Both the position numbers and the translations under genes were made by a program. Under the pieces are notes generated by a model that worked only from the letters and a program-made list of their open reading frames with translations, was not told the origin of the DNA and did not search any database. Below, piece by piece: positions 38,813-48,712 of a stretch of DNA of 64,000 nucleotides. The first letter of the stretch is position 1. Each line of letters opens with the position of its first letter. The stretch is from Actinomycetota bacterium (lineage in GTDB: Bacteria; Actinomycetota; UBA4738), in NCBI GenBank assembly GCA_046726275.1, contig JBKPAF010000011.1, forward strand, positions 613-64,612. Reading direction: 5' to 3'.

Positions 38813-39538
38813 TCAGGGGATCTGAAGGGCGAGGTGCCCTCCGGTCTCGCCGGAGGGCACCCGCATCGAAACGTGGAGCGAGCGGGTCGAGCGCATCACC
38901 GGATAGGTCAGCGTGCGACGTTCCCCGGCAGCACGCGGCTCCGCGAGCCGGGATGGCGTCTGATCCGGCAGCTCCTCCAGATCGGTCCCGTCAGCGGTGA
39001 GCACGGCCCGCGCCTCGATCTCCGGCTGCCCATCAATCGAGGCACCCTCGCCACCCCTTGGGGGGAGCCACAGCACGGCGGCGGCATCCCACCCCAGCTC
39101 GACCCGCGCCACGTGGAAGGACTGATCGCCCGCCCGCACCGCCTTTGCGACGTGAATGGTTCCCCTCCGAACGTCGCTGCGAGGCCAGGGGATGGTGAAC
39201 GGGCGACCCGAGTATCCGAACGACCGCCCGCCGTCGACGCGAAGCGACGACTCGACTACGTACCAGGAGGGCTCCATGTCCGCGACCGGAACCTCGAACG
39301 GAACGAACAGGTCGCGGTTGGGAGCCACGTCGAGCTGCCGATCTTCGAGGGTGACGGGCTTGGCCGGACCGGTCGGGATCCGGGCGACCCGGGCCCAGTC
39401 GAAGGTCACCGCGTGGGGATCGCCGTCGCCTCCTCTCAGGACGAAGGCCCCCTTGATCGAGACGGGGAACCGCTCGAACCGGGTCTTCACCACCACCGGG
39501 AGCGCCAGACCGTCGGCTGGATCTCCGCCGCCCCTCAC
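38813..39538 (-). CDS. Hypothetical protein (beta-rich)
   Basis: GTGA overlap with the mtnA stop; protein-like composition; no motif recognised. Confidence 0.65.
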   Translation of the reverse strand: MRGGGDPADGLALPVVVKTRFERFPVSIKGAFVLRGGDGDPHAVTFDWARVARIPTGPAKPVTLEDRQLDVAPNRDLFVPFEVPVADMEPSWYVVESSLRVDGGRSFGYSGRPFTIPWPRSDVRRGTIHVAKAVRAGDQSFHVARVELGWDAAAVLWLPPRGGEGASIDGQPEIEARAVLTADGTDLEELPDQTPSRLAEPRAAGERRTLTYPVMRSTRSLHVSMRVPSGETGGHLALQIP

Positions 39539-40656
39539 GCAGGCACCTCCGAGGCGAGCCCGGCACGCTGCCCGGTGCCGCCGCCCCGGCGGGCCAGGCG
39601 TCTCAACGAAGACGGGAACGGAGGCCGGACCACTCCCCGGTCCGTGACGATCGCGGTGACCAGCCGGGCCGGGGTGACGTCGAATGCTGGGTTGAGCGCC
39701 GCGGTCCCCTCGGGGGCAAAGGGAACGCCGAGCGGCTCGGTAACTTCGCGCGGGTCGCGCTCCTCGATGACCACCGCCTCGCCCGCGGGCGTTTCCAGGT
39801 CCACCGTGGAGAAGGGGGCCGCCACGTAAAACGGAAGCCGGTGGTACGAAGCAAGCACGGCCAGTTGGTATGTCCCCACCTTGTTGGCCACGTCCCCGTT
39901 CTCGGCGATCCGGTCGGCCCCGACTACGATCGCATCGACGAGCCCGTTCGCCATGAGGGAGCCAGCCGCCGTGTCCGGCACCAGCGTCATGGGCACGTCG
40001 AGACGTTGAAGCTCCCACGCCGTGAGCCGGGCACCCTGCAGCACCGGCCTGGTCTCACCCACCCATACGTGGATGCTCTTTCCCGCCCTGTGGGCGGCCG
40101 CGATCACGCCCTGGGCCGTCCCCCAGCCTCCGGTGGCAAGGGCGCCGGTGTTGCAGTGGGTGAGGAGATTGGCCTTGTCGGGGATGAGGGCGCCCCCAAG
40201 CCGGCCGATCTCCGCACACGAGGCCTCGTCCTCCAGAGCGATCCGTGTCGCCTCGTCCATAACCACTTGCCGCAGCCTGTCCGCGGCCGTGGGGCCCGTG
40301 GCTCGTTCCGACCGCATCGCCCGTTCGGCCGCGCCCACAACGCGCTGCACAGCCCACGAGATGTTCGCCGCGGTGGGCCTGCTCGCTTCCAGGAGCCTCC
40401 CCGCTCGGGCCACGTCCCGGAGAATCCCCCGGGGGCCCCGCGCGCTCGAGCGGCGAGCGGCTAGCGCCATCCCATACCCTGCGGCGATCCCGAGGAGCGG
40501 AGCGCCGCGGACGGCCAGCGTCCTGATCGCTTCGACCACGTCCTCGGGCCGTCGCGCCAGGATGTACCGCTCGGCCCGGGGAAGCCTCCGCTGATCCAGG
40601 ATCCTGATGATCCCGTTTTCCCACGCGACCGCTTTCACTGGGGCCGCGGCGTTCAC
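39535..40656 (-). CDS. mtnA: S-methyl-5-thioribose-1-phosphate isomerase
   Basis: LDQRRLP, VRGAP, RPTAAN, THCNTGALAT, ETRPVLQG, GADRI, NKVGTY, NPAFDVTP. Confidence 0.95.
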   Translation of the reverse strand: MNAAAPVKAVAWENGIIRILDQRRLPRAERYILARRPEDVVEAIRTLAVRGAPLLGIAAGYGMALAARRSSARGPRGILRDVARAGRLLEASRPTAANISWAVQRVVGAAERAMRSERATGPTAADRLRQVVMDEATRIALEDEASCAEIGRLGGALIPDKANLLTHCNTGALATGGWGTAQGVIAAAHRAGKSIHVWVGETRPVLQGARLTAWELQRLDVPMTLVPDTAAGSLMANGLVDAIVVGADRIAENGDVANKVGTYQLAVLASYHRLPFYVAAPFSTVDLETPAGEAVVIEERDPREVTEPLGVPFAPEGTAALNPAFDVTPARLVTAIVTDRGVVRPPFPSSLRRLARRGGGTGQRAGLASEVPA

Positions 40657-41033
40657 CTCGCTTCCTCGCGAGCTCGGCGAACCGTGAGCTCGACCGCACG
40701 CTCCAACGAAGAGGCGAACACGTAGACGCCGTGCTCCCCCGAGGCCACTTCTCCTTCCGGGACCGTTCCGGGAGGATGGGCGTGCACCACGGCGCCCGGT
40801 CCCCGCTCCCGGTACAGGCGACGGTGCACGGCCACATCGGTGGAGGCCCCGTCGAGGGGAGCCTCCAGCGGGCCGCTCACCAAGCTGCCGGCCTCGATCG
40901 CGTCCAGCGCCGCCCCCGCGCGGGTGATCACCACGGTCGTCCCGTCGAACGTCGAGAGGTTCCCCTCGGTGCCCCTGACCAGGCCAAGCGAGAACAGCGT
41001 CCTCCCGGCCGAGCGAAAGGGCTCCCGCGTCAC
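40653..41033 (-). CDS. Miniature class II aldolase/adducin family protein
   Basis: [24 protein letters not shown]; GTGA overlaps on both sides. Confidence 0.75.
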   Translation of the reverse strand: MTREPFRSAGRTLFSLGLVRGTEGNLSTFDGTTVVITRAGAALDAIEAGSLVSGPLEAPLDGASTDVAVHRRLYRERGPGAVVHAHPPGTVPEGEVASGEHGVYVFASSLERAVELTVRRAREEAR

Positions 41034-42283
41034 GTCCCCAGCTGCCATTCCTCGCTGTAGGCCTTCTGCTCCTCGGTGAGCTGGTCCAGGTCGACGCCCA
41101 TGGCCGCCAGCTTGAGCCTGGCCACCCCGGCATCGATGTCCTTCGGCACGTCGTAGACCTTCGCGTCGAGGCCTTTGGCCTCCTGGACGATCCACTCGAC
41201 CGACAGCGCCTGGTTCGCGAAGGACATGTCCATCACGGCCGCTGGGTGGCCTTCGGCGGCCGCCAGGTTGATGAGGCGGCCCTCCCCCAGGAGGTTGATC
41301 CGCCGGCCGTCCGCCATCCGGTACTCGTCGACGTACTCCCGGATTCGTCGGACCTGCTCAGCCTTTCCCGCCAGAGCGCCTTTGTCGATCTCGACATCGA
41401 AGTGGCCCGAGTTGGCCAGGATGGCTCCATCCTTCATCACCTCGAAGTGCTCGCTCCGGAGGATGCTCGTGTTCCCCGTCACTGTGACGAACACGTCGCC
41501 GATCCGGGCCGCGTCGCGAAGAGGTATGACTTCGAACCCCTCCATGAGCGCTTCCAGGGCTCGCAGTGGGTCGACCTCGGTGACGATCACCCTGGCGCCC
41601 AGTCCCCGCGCGCGAGAGGCGACGCCCTGACCGCACATGCCGTACCCGCACACCACCACCGCCCGACCCGCCAGGAGCCGGTTCGTCGCCCTGATTATCC
41701 CATCGATCGTCGATTGACCAGTTCCGAACCGGTTGTCGAACATGTGCTTGGTGTTCGCATCGTTCACCGCGATGATCGGATAGGCCAGCACTCCATCGTT
41801 CGCCATGGCCCTGAGCCGGATGACGCCCGTGGTGGTCTCCTCCGTTCCGCCAAGCAGCTCCTTCAGCTGGTCCGGGCGCTCCTTGTGCAGGGTGGTCACC
41901 AGGTCGCACCCATCGTCCATGGTGATGTGGGGATGGAAGTCCAGGACTTCGTTGATGTGCCGGTAGTAGGTCTCGTTGTCCTCGCCCTTGATCGCGTAGA
42001 CCCGGATGTCGTCCTCGCACAGCGCCGCGGCCGCGTCGTCCTGCGTCGACAGAGGATTCGAGGCGCAGAGCGCCACCTCCCCTCCGCCGGCCACCAGGGT
42101 CCGGATGAGGTTCGCGGTCTCGGTGGTGACGTGCAGGCAGGCGCCGATCCGGATCCCCGCGAGGGGTTTCTCCTTCTCGAAACGCCCCCGCACCTGCGCA
42201 AGGACGCCCATCTCCTGGTTCGCCCATTCGATCCGGGTCCGGCCCTTCTCGGCCAGGGCCACGTCCTTCACGTCACAGTCCAT
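41030..42283 (-). CDS. ahcY: Adenosylhomocysteinase
   Basis: [52 protein letters not shown]. Confidence 0.97.
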   Translation of the reverse strand: MDCDVKDVALAEKGRTRIEWANQEMGVLAQVRGRFEKEKPLAGIRIGACLHVTTETANLIRTLVAGGGEVALCASNPLSTQDDAAAALCEDDIRVYAIKGEDNETYYRHINEVLDFHPHITMDDGCDLVTTLHKERPDQLKELLGGTEETTTGVIRLRAMANDGVLAYPIIAVNDANTKHMFDNRFGTGQSTIDGIIRATNRLLAGRAVVVCGYGMCGQGVASRARGLGARVIVTEVDPLRALEALMEGFEVIPLRDAARIGDVFVTVTGNTSILRSEHFEVMKDGAILANSGHFDVEIDKGALAGKAEQVRRIREYVDEYRMADGRRINLLGEGRLINLAAAEGHPAAVMDMSFANQALSVEWIVQEAKGLDAKVYDVPKDIDAGVARLKLAAMGVDLDQLTEEQKAYSEEWQLGT

Positions 42284-42306
42284 GACTCCTCCCGTCGGTC
42301 CGCCCA

Positions 42307-43179
42307 TCATGATCCTTCGTCGACCCGCCCGCCCAGCTGGGGGACGATCCGCCCCATCAATGCTCGCAGGCGCAGCGTCGCTTCCCTCGCCGCCGCCAGG
42401 ACGTGGTCGTGGGTGTCGTCGGCCCCGGCCGCGTTGGTGATGCATGAGATCGCCAACACGCGGAGGCCGAGCGCCGCCGCGGCGACGGCCTCTGGAACCG
42501 TCGACATCCCAACGGCCTGCGCCCCCGCGCCGGCCAGGAACCTGGTCTCGGCGGGCGTCTCGTACGAGGGACCAGGGAGCGCCGCGTAGACGCCCCTGGC
42601 CATATCGATCCCCTCGTCTCTCGCGGCTCGTTCGGCCATCGCCAGGAGCTCGCGGTCGTACGTGGCCGCCAGGCTGACGAAGGCCGACTGGCCGCCCGGG
42701 TAGCGCCAGCCGAACAGAGGATTGGCACCGAGGAAATTCAGGTGATCCTCGATCAGCATGAGCGCACCCCGCTTCAACTCCGGTGCCAGGCCGCCTGCAG
42801 CGTTGGTCAGCACCAGGGTGTTCGCGCCAAGCTCTGCGGCGAGGCGAGGGATCAGCGTGGTCGCATCCATCCCATGGCCCTCGTAGAGATGCACCCTTCC
42901 GAGGAACACGGCAGCCGGAACGCCGTACAGGTGACCCATGACCAGCCGGCTGGCGTGCCCGGTCACCGACGACGGCGGGAACCCCGGCAGCGCGTGATAG
43001 GAGAACTCTCGATCGGGTACCACGTCGTCTGCCACCGCGTCGCCCAGGCCCGAACCCAGGACGATCGCCATGGTGGGCGAGATGGAGGAACGCTCCCGGA
43101 CCAGGGCGGCTCCCTCTTCCGCGAACGTGTCCCGCGGCCCGGGATGTCCGGCCGACCTCGTGCCTGGCGGCGCGTTCAC
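42307..43179 (-). CDS. Purine nucleoside phosphorylase (trimeric, probably 6-oxopurine type)
   Basis: [40 protein letters not shown]; start uncertain. Confidence 0.88.
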   Translation of the reverse strand: MNAPPGTRSAGHPGPRDTFAEEGAALVRERSSISPTMAIVLGSGLGDAVADDVVPDREFSYHALPGFPPSSVTGHASRLVMGHLYGVPAAVFLGRVHLYEGHGMDATTLIPRLAAELGANTLVLTNAAGGLAPELKRGALMLIEDHLNFLGANPLFGWRYPGGQSAFVSLAATYDRELLAMAERAARDEGIDMARGVYAALPGPSYETPAETRFLAGAGAQAVGMSTVPEAVAAAALGLRVLAISCITNAAGADDTHDHVLAAAREATLRLRALMGRIVPQLGGRVDEGS

Positions 43180-43213
43180 GGTTGGTCCTGGTGGATCGCT
43201 TCGATCGGGTTGT

Positions 43214-44284
43214 TCATGCCCGCAGCCGATCCTTGAGCTGGGTGAGGACCCGCACCGGCATCGGGTCGACGCCCCGGAGGATCGCCAGGTAGGTGCTGAC
43301 GAAGTCACCGATCAGGATGAGCGAGAGGAGCGCCTCCATCGAGGTCGATCCCTCACCGGAGACCTCCCTCGACTCCAGGTCCGAGTTTCGCAGCGCCTCC
43401 AACGTCGCCCTGACGCGACGAGCGACCCTGGGGTGCTCGCCCGCGTGCCGCAGGACGACTAGGGCGAACGGTCTCCCCGCCTCGTCGGTCCATCCCTCGA
43501 TCTCGTTGTGATCCAGCTCGGGGAGAACCGAATGAAACGCGGGCAGCTTGGCGTTCTCGTTGAGCTGTGTCTTCCATCGGAGGGCGGCTGCTTCCGCCGG
43601 GCCCTCCGATCCCCACACGACGGGGACGCGCCCGTGGAGCCACGCCGCGAGCGACTTCGCCCGGTTCCCCTCGACCGGCCGGTCGGGACCGAGGTCGGAG
43701 GTCAGCGCCTCGAGGGCGTCCGAGGCGTTGACCAGCTCTTCGCCGGCTCCCGGCACGATCCCGATGGCCTCCAGGACACCGACGGCAGCCCCAACCAGAT
43801 ACCCCAGCGCCCCCCGGGGAGCCGGGAGGTGGCCGGGAACGGTCACCTGGGCCACGCCGTCCGCCCGAGCCAGCTCCGCGAGCTGTCCACCCGAGCTGAC
43901 CGCGACCGTCCGGCAGCCGGCCGAGACCGCCTGGCCAAACGCGGCAAGCGTTTCCTCGGTCTCCCCCGAATACGACACGGCGAGCACCAAGGTCTCCTTC
44001 CCGCAGAAGGCAGGAAGGTCGTAGCCCTTCACCGCAACCAGGGGAATCCGCAGGCGATCCGCGAACGCCGCCCGCAGGACGTCCCCAGCGATGCCCGACC
44101 CACCCATCCCGCAAACGGCGATCGACCGGATTCCTTCGGCTGCGGCCAGGCCGGGCGCGCGGCGTCCCAGATCGAGTCCATCCACCAGCTGCGTCCGTAG
44201 GGCCGCAACAAGCTCGAGCATCCCCTCAGGGTCACCGGATCTGATCGACGCGGGGTCGTCGAGCGTGCTCTCCGCCATCCTCAT
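43214..44284 (-). CDS. Bifunctional phosphoglucose/phosphomannose isomerase
   Basis: GMGGSG, SYSGETEET, RWKTQLNENAK, PELDHNE, VDPMPV. Confidence 0.9.
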   Translation of the reverse strand: MRMAESTLDDPASIRSGDPEGMLELVAALRTQLVDGLDLGRRAPGLAAAEGIRSIAVCGMGGSGIAGDVLRAAFADRLRIPLVAVKGYDLPAFCGKETLVLAVSYSGETEETLAAFGQAVSAGCRTVAVSSGGQLAELARADGVAQVTVPGHLPAPRGALGYLVGAAVGVLEAIGIVPGAGEELVNASDALEALTSDLGPDRPVEGNRAKSLAAWLHGRVPVVWGSEGPAEAAALRWKTQLNENAKLPAFHSVLPELDHNEIEGWTDEAGRPFALVVLRHAGEHPRVARRVRATLEALRNSDLESREVSGEGSTSMEALLSLILIGDFVSTYLAILRGVDPMPVRVLTQLKDRLRA

Positions 44285-44460
44285 CCGGAGCCGTTCGGCT
44301 TTTCGGCCTCGTCGATCAGCATCACCGGGATGTCGTCCCGAACCGGATAGCGCAGGCCGCACTTGGTGCAGATGATGTACTCCGGGTTCTCCTGGTACCG
44401 GATCTCTCCCCGACAGCTCGGGCACACCAGGATGTCCAGCAACTCCTTGTCGACCGGCAT
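44281..44460 (-). CDS. Trm112 family protein
   Basis: LLDILVCPSC...CTKC...YPVRDDIPVML. Confidence 0.9.
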   Translation of the reverse strand: MPVDKELLDILVCPSCRGEIRYQENPEYIICTKCGLRYPVRDDIPVMLIDEAEKPNGSG

Positions 44461-44480
44461 CGTTCCTCCTCGAGATCGCC

Positions 44481-45839
44481 TCAGCTCGTCCCCGTGATGA
44501 AACCGAGGACCTCGTTCGTCTTCTCCTCGAGCAGCCTCCCGTTGGCGGCCTCCACGTTGGTCCGCAGGAGCGGCTCGGTGTTCGAGGGTCGTACGTTGAA
44601 CCACCAGTCCTCATACATCACGGTGAGCCCGTCAGTCCTGTCCTGTCGAGCATCGTTGTATGCCTTCGCGATCCGCTCGATCACGGCTTCCTTGTCCTCG
44701 ACCCGCAGGTTGATCTCGCCTGAGTCCGCGTAGCGACGGAGCGGCTCGAGCAACACCGACAATGGCTTGCCGGCCTTCGACATCTGGTCAAGGACCACCA
44801 TGGAGGCGACCAGTCCGGAGTCGGCGTTGTAGTGCGCGCGGAAGTAGTAGTGGCCGGAGTGCTCGCCGCCGAACACCGCTCCGGTCTCGGCCATGACCTT
44901 CTTGATGAACGAGTGGCCCACCCTCGTCCTCACCGGCGTGCCCCCGTGCTCCCGGATCACCTCGGGTACCACACGCGAGCAGATCAGGTTGTGCAGGATG
45001 GTGGCCCCCGGATGCCGCTCGAGCATCCCGATCGCCACCAGGGCGGTGACGAGCGAGCCACTGATCCCCCTGGCGTGCTCGTCCACGAGGAACACTCGAT
45101 CCGCGTCGCCGTCGAACGCCAACCCCAGGTCGGCTCCGTGCGCGAGCACCTCGCGCTTGACGTCTTCCTGGTTCTTCGGGTCGATGGGATCGGCCGGATG
45201 GTTCGGGAAGGTCCCGTCGAGATCCATGTAGAGCGGGACCAGCTTCCCCGGCAGGCGTTGGAACAGCTCCGGGACGACCAGCCCGGCCATCCCGTTGGCG
45301 GCGTCGGCCACCACGGTGAAGGGGAGGAACCGTTCGAGGTCGACGAACGAGATCAGGTGCTCGAGGTAGTCATCTCGCAGGTCGCGGTGGGTGACGAGGC
45401 CTCGGGCCGCCGGAGCGCCGGCCTCGGACGGAGGCGGCTCGGTTTCGGCCTGGGCCCGGACTTCGGCCAAACCGCTCTCGATGCCCACCGGCCGAGCCCC
45501 GGACAGGCAGAGCTTCAACCCGTTGTATTCGGGCGGATTGTGACTCGCCGTGAACATCGCCCCCGGCAGGGACATCCTCCCCGAGGCGAAATACACCATG
45601 TCGGTGGTGGCCAAGCCGACGTCGACGACGCCCACCCCTGCGGCGGTGACCCCGGCAGCGAACGCTTCCGACATCGAGGGGGAGGACAGACGGCAGTCTC
45701 GGCCGAGGACAATCTGGTTGGCTCCGGCCCACGAGGCGAAGGCTCGCCCGATCCTGTACGCAGCGTCTTCGTCGAACTGCTCGGGGTAGACGCCGCGAAT
45801 GTCGTACGCCTTGAAGATGAGTTGAAGATCGGCCGCCAT
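44481..45839 (-). CDS. manB: Phosphomannomutase/phosphoglucomutase
   Basis: FKAYDIRG, TASHNP, DGDADR, GEHSGH, RPSNTEP. Confidence 0.93.
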   Translation of the reverse strand: MAADLQLIFKAYDIRGVYPEQFDEDAAYRIGRAFASWAGANQIVLGRDCRLSSPSMSEAFAAGVTAAGVGVVDVGLATTDMVYFASGRMSLPGAMFTASHNPPEYNGLKLCLSGARPVGIESGLAEVRAQAETEPPPSEAGAPAARGLVTHRDLRDDYLEHLISFVDLERFLPFTVVADAANGMAGLVVPELFQRLPGKLVPLYMDLDGTFPNHPADPIDPKNQEDVKREVLAHGADLGLAFDGDADRVFLVDEHARGISGSLVTALVAIGMLERHPGATILHNLICSRVVPEVIREHGGTPVRTRVGHSFIKKVMAETGAVFGGEHSGHYYFRAHYNADSGLVASMVVLDQMSKAGKPLSVLLEPLRRYADSGEINLRVEDKEAVIERIAKAYNDARQDRTDGLTVMYEDWWFNVRPSNTEPLLRTNVEAANGRLLEEKTNEVLGFITGTS

Positions 45840-45915
45840 CGCGGCCGATTCTAGCCGACCACCTGTTTCCCACTGCCGGGATCCCGCTGGTCCCGGACCG
45901 GGGAAGAGGCGGATC

Positions 45916-46101
45916 CTATCGGTTCGCGACCAAGTCGAGAACAGAGCCCAGGGGAACGTTCTGCCCCTCGCGCTCCCAACCCCTCCACTCGCACACCGGA
46001 CACGAGGTGAAGGAAGTAGCTGAGCCGCTGAGGGTCATGGTCACCCGGAGCGTCTCCTGCGAACCGCAGGATGGGCACGAGTTACGAGAAACCAGAGCCA
46101 T
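45916..46101 (-). CDS. Small zinc-ribbon protein
   Basis: CPSC...CPVC-E...W; ~61 aa. Confidence 0.6.
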   Translation of the reverse strand: MALVSRNSCPSCGSQETLRVTMTLSGSATSFTSCPVCEWRGWEREGQNVPLGSVLDLVANR

Positions 46102-46224
46102 CGCAGTTGAATGCATCGGCGTAGCCGGTGGCCCAGCGCATAGTCCCCCAGCCCAATTTTTGGTCTCTCCGAATGGACTAATCGTCCATCCCCCAGTCGG
46201 GGGACGGGCAGGATCCGACTTCCC

Positions 46225-47289
46225 TTACCAGACGATGATGACCGGGGTCCCCACGTCGACCAGGCCGAACAGTTCCTCCGACTCCGGGATGTGCATCCGG
46301 ATGCACCCGTGGGACGCGTAGCTCCCGATCGAGGAATCGGCCGGGGTGCCGTGGATGCGGATCCCCGGGGCGTTCAGGTCGAGGGCCCGGGTCCCGAGCG
46401 GGTTGTCCGGTCCAGGCGGGATGAAGTCCGGCTCGTCCTTGCCCCACGTGTCCTTCGCCGGGTTCACCCAGGTTGGGTTGATCCGCTTGTTGATGATCGC
46501 CCAGTGCCCCATGGGAGTCGGGTACTGATCGAGCTGACCCGTCGCCACCGAGTACTTCTTCTCGAGCTTGAGCCCGTCGTACAGATAGAGCCTGTTCTGC
46601 GAGATCCGGATGATGATGGTCTTCCCGAGCTTCTTGTCGGTGACGGAAGGGACCAGCCGGCGGGTCACCAGATCCACGGAGAGCGAACCGTCCCGGAGAG
46701 CGGTGCGCAGGGCCTCTCGCGAGACGCCCACCCGCAGGGCTCGGCCCGCCTTGGCGTGCTTAACGACCAGGTGACCGTCCGCAAAGTCGAGGAAGGCGTC
46801 CCGAGGCTTCAGTCGCACCCGGCCCGCCGCCGCTTTCACGAAGCTCTCGACCGGCCTGTCGTCGTAGGAGACGGGCAGCTCGAAGCTCCGGCTGAGCGGC
46901 TTGTCCATCAGTCGCCGGTACAGACGGCTCGTCCAGGAGTAGGACCCGGACAGACCGAGGGCCTCGTCCACAACCGAGGTCCCGTCTACCCTCGCGCCGA
47001 GCTCTCGTGCTGTCAGGTGCCACGTGCGGCCGGCCACGGTCACGTCGATCGGCCTGTCCAGGATGGAGGCAACGGCTCCCGCCAGGGCTCGATTCGCCTC
47101 GGCTCGGGTCATGCCCCCGACCTCTACCCCGGCGATACTCACCCCCGGAAGGATCCGGGCGGCACGGTTCTGTTCGTACCGGTAGCCGGCATACGCGGCT
47201 CCGGCGAGCACCAGGACGAGCACCGTGGTGATCAACAGCAGGACCGACAGCAGGGTGAGCCGTCGCCCCGCGTGCCTTCTTCGCCTCAT
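46225..47289 (-). CDS. L,D-transpeptidase with peptidoglycan-binding domain
   Basis: N-terminal TM; GPDNPLG, IHGT...SHGCIR. Confidence 0.9.
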   Translation of the reverse strand: MRRRRHAGRRLTLLSVLLLITTVLVLVLAGAAYAGYRYEQNRAARILPGVSIAGVEVGGMTRAEANRALAGAVASILDRPIDVTVAGRTWHLTARELGARVDGTSVVDEALGLSGSYSWTSRLYRRLMDKPLSRSFELPVSYDDRPVESFVKAAAGRVRLKPRDAFLDFADGHLVVKHAKAGRALRVGVSREALRTALRDGSLSVDLVTRRLVPSVTDKKLGKTIIIRISQNRLYLYDGLKLEKKYSVATGQLDQYPTPMGHWAIINKRINPTWVNPAKDTWGKDEPDFIPPGPDNPLGTRALDLNAPGIRIHGTPADSSIGSYASHGCIRMHIPESEELFGLVDVGTPVIIVW

Positions 47290-47347
47290 GACCACCTCAT
47301 CCTCAAAAGTACCCGCTCACCACGTACAACAAGGCCCCCCGGCCCCT

Positions 47348-48712
47348 TTACTTCATCGGCAGGCCCAGGGTTGCGGCATATCCCCTTCGGTCCTGGGAGT
47401 AGGACGCGGTGGCGGCCACGATCGTTCCACCCTTCGCCCTGACCACGATGGAGATGGGCCGGCCCGCCTCGGACGGGAGGGAGATCCTGATCGTCCTGCC
47501 GGAGAGGATGGTTCGCGGTCGGAGCGGTGCTGCGGAGCTGCTGCTTCCAATGACCTGGAACGTCACCTCGACCTGCTCGCGCCCTGGATTCTGGACCAGG
47601 AGGAACGAGCGGCCACCCGACGGAGGCAGGGCCGGGAGGACCAACCACTTCGCGGACGTGGAGGGCGAACCAGTGAGCGTCGCCGAGTCCCCTGCAGACC
47701 CGTTGACCCGGAGAGCGGCGAGGACGGGCCGGTCGTTGGAGGCTGCCACCAGGAGGCCGCTGTCCTTGACCCTCTCCGGCTCGAAGGTCTTCGCCTCACC
47801 CGGCCCAACCGTGAACCCCTCCGGGCCGGACACCAAGCGTTGGCCCGTGGCCGCTTCGGCCACCGCCGTCAGGTCGGCTCTGGAACCTCCATTGTTCAGC
47901 ACGACCAAGTGGCGGGTCCCTGCGTCCCCGCCGGCCGGGATCAGCCACCGGGTACCGGGCACGGGAAGGCCGACCTCGGCTCTGACCCCGATAGCAGACC
48001 TCTCGAGGCCGCCGGCGATCACCCGGCCCGTCCGCTGGATCACCCGGGCGACCAACGAGTCTTCGTCTGGGTCCTGCAGGACGTAGTCGTTGACGGGGAT
48101 CCCGACCGAATGTTGCGGAGCCAGCACGTACGGGGTCAGGGCGCCGGCGGCCACCTCCCGTTTCTCTGTCAGCAGGACGACGTCGAATTCGGCAGGCTCG
48201 TCGAATGGGTTCATCACGACCAGGTACGACGTCTGACCCGTCGCGGTCGGAACGTCCAGGATCGACCAGATCCTGTGGGCGGCCGGCTCGCACCGCTCAG
48301 CGGCCAGGTGGCCTCCGGATCCGGTCGACAGGATCGCCCCGGCGCCCACCCATCCGCCGAAGTACTCGACCTCGGTCGCGTCGGCGGCATCGTCTGCCGA
48401 GACCTGCCGGTAGACCTGCCGGAGCGCCCCGACGGAGAAGGTCGTCACGGACCGCTTTCCCTCCTCGCCCAGCTGGGTGAGCCGCACGCGGACCCGCCGG
48501 TTCCCCGGATTCGTCACCACGACCCAGCCTTCCCACCCGGCATTCCCGCCGTGCGGGCAGAACAACGCACCGCTCGGACCGGCTGCGGGAACGCCTGTGG
48601 CGGAGCCCTTGGGCCCCACGGCCCGGTCCAGGAGCAGGCCCGACCCGGTGAGGAGGGCAGCCACGATCACCAGCGCGGCGGCCCGAACCCGGATCGCGGG
48701 GAGCTCACTCAC
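47348..48712 (-). CDS. DUF5719-like membrane-anchored secreted protein
   Basis: TM then xCP, repeated V-x-NP beta motifs; synteny with large GT2 downstream of whiB. Confidence 0.65.
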   Translation of the reverse strand: MSELPAIRVRAAALVIVAALLTGSGLLLDRAVGPKGSATGVPAAGPSGALFCPHGGNAGWEGWVVVTNPGNRRVRVRLTQLGEEGKRSVTTFSVGALRQVYRQVSADDAADATEVEYFGGWVGAGAILSTGSGGHLAAERCEPAAHRIWSILDVPTATGQTSYLVVMNPFDEPAEFDVVLLTEKREVAAGALTPYVLAPQHSVGIPVNDYVLQDPDEDSLVARVIQRTGRVIAGGLERSAIGVRAEVGLPVPGTRWLIPAGGDAGTRHLVVLNNGGSRADLTAVAEAATGQRLVSGPEGFTVGPGEAKTFEPERVKDSGLLVAASNDRPVLAALRVNGSAGDSATLTGSPSTSAKWLVLPALPPSGGRSFLLVQNPGREQVEVTFQVIGSSSSAAPLRPRTILSGRTIRISLPSEAGRPISIVVRAKGGTIVAATASYSQDRRGYAATLGLPMK

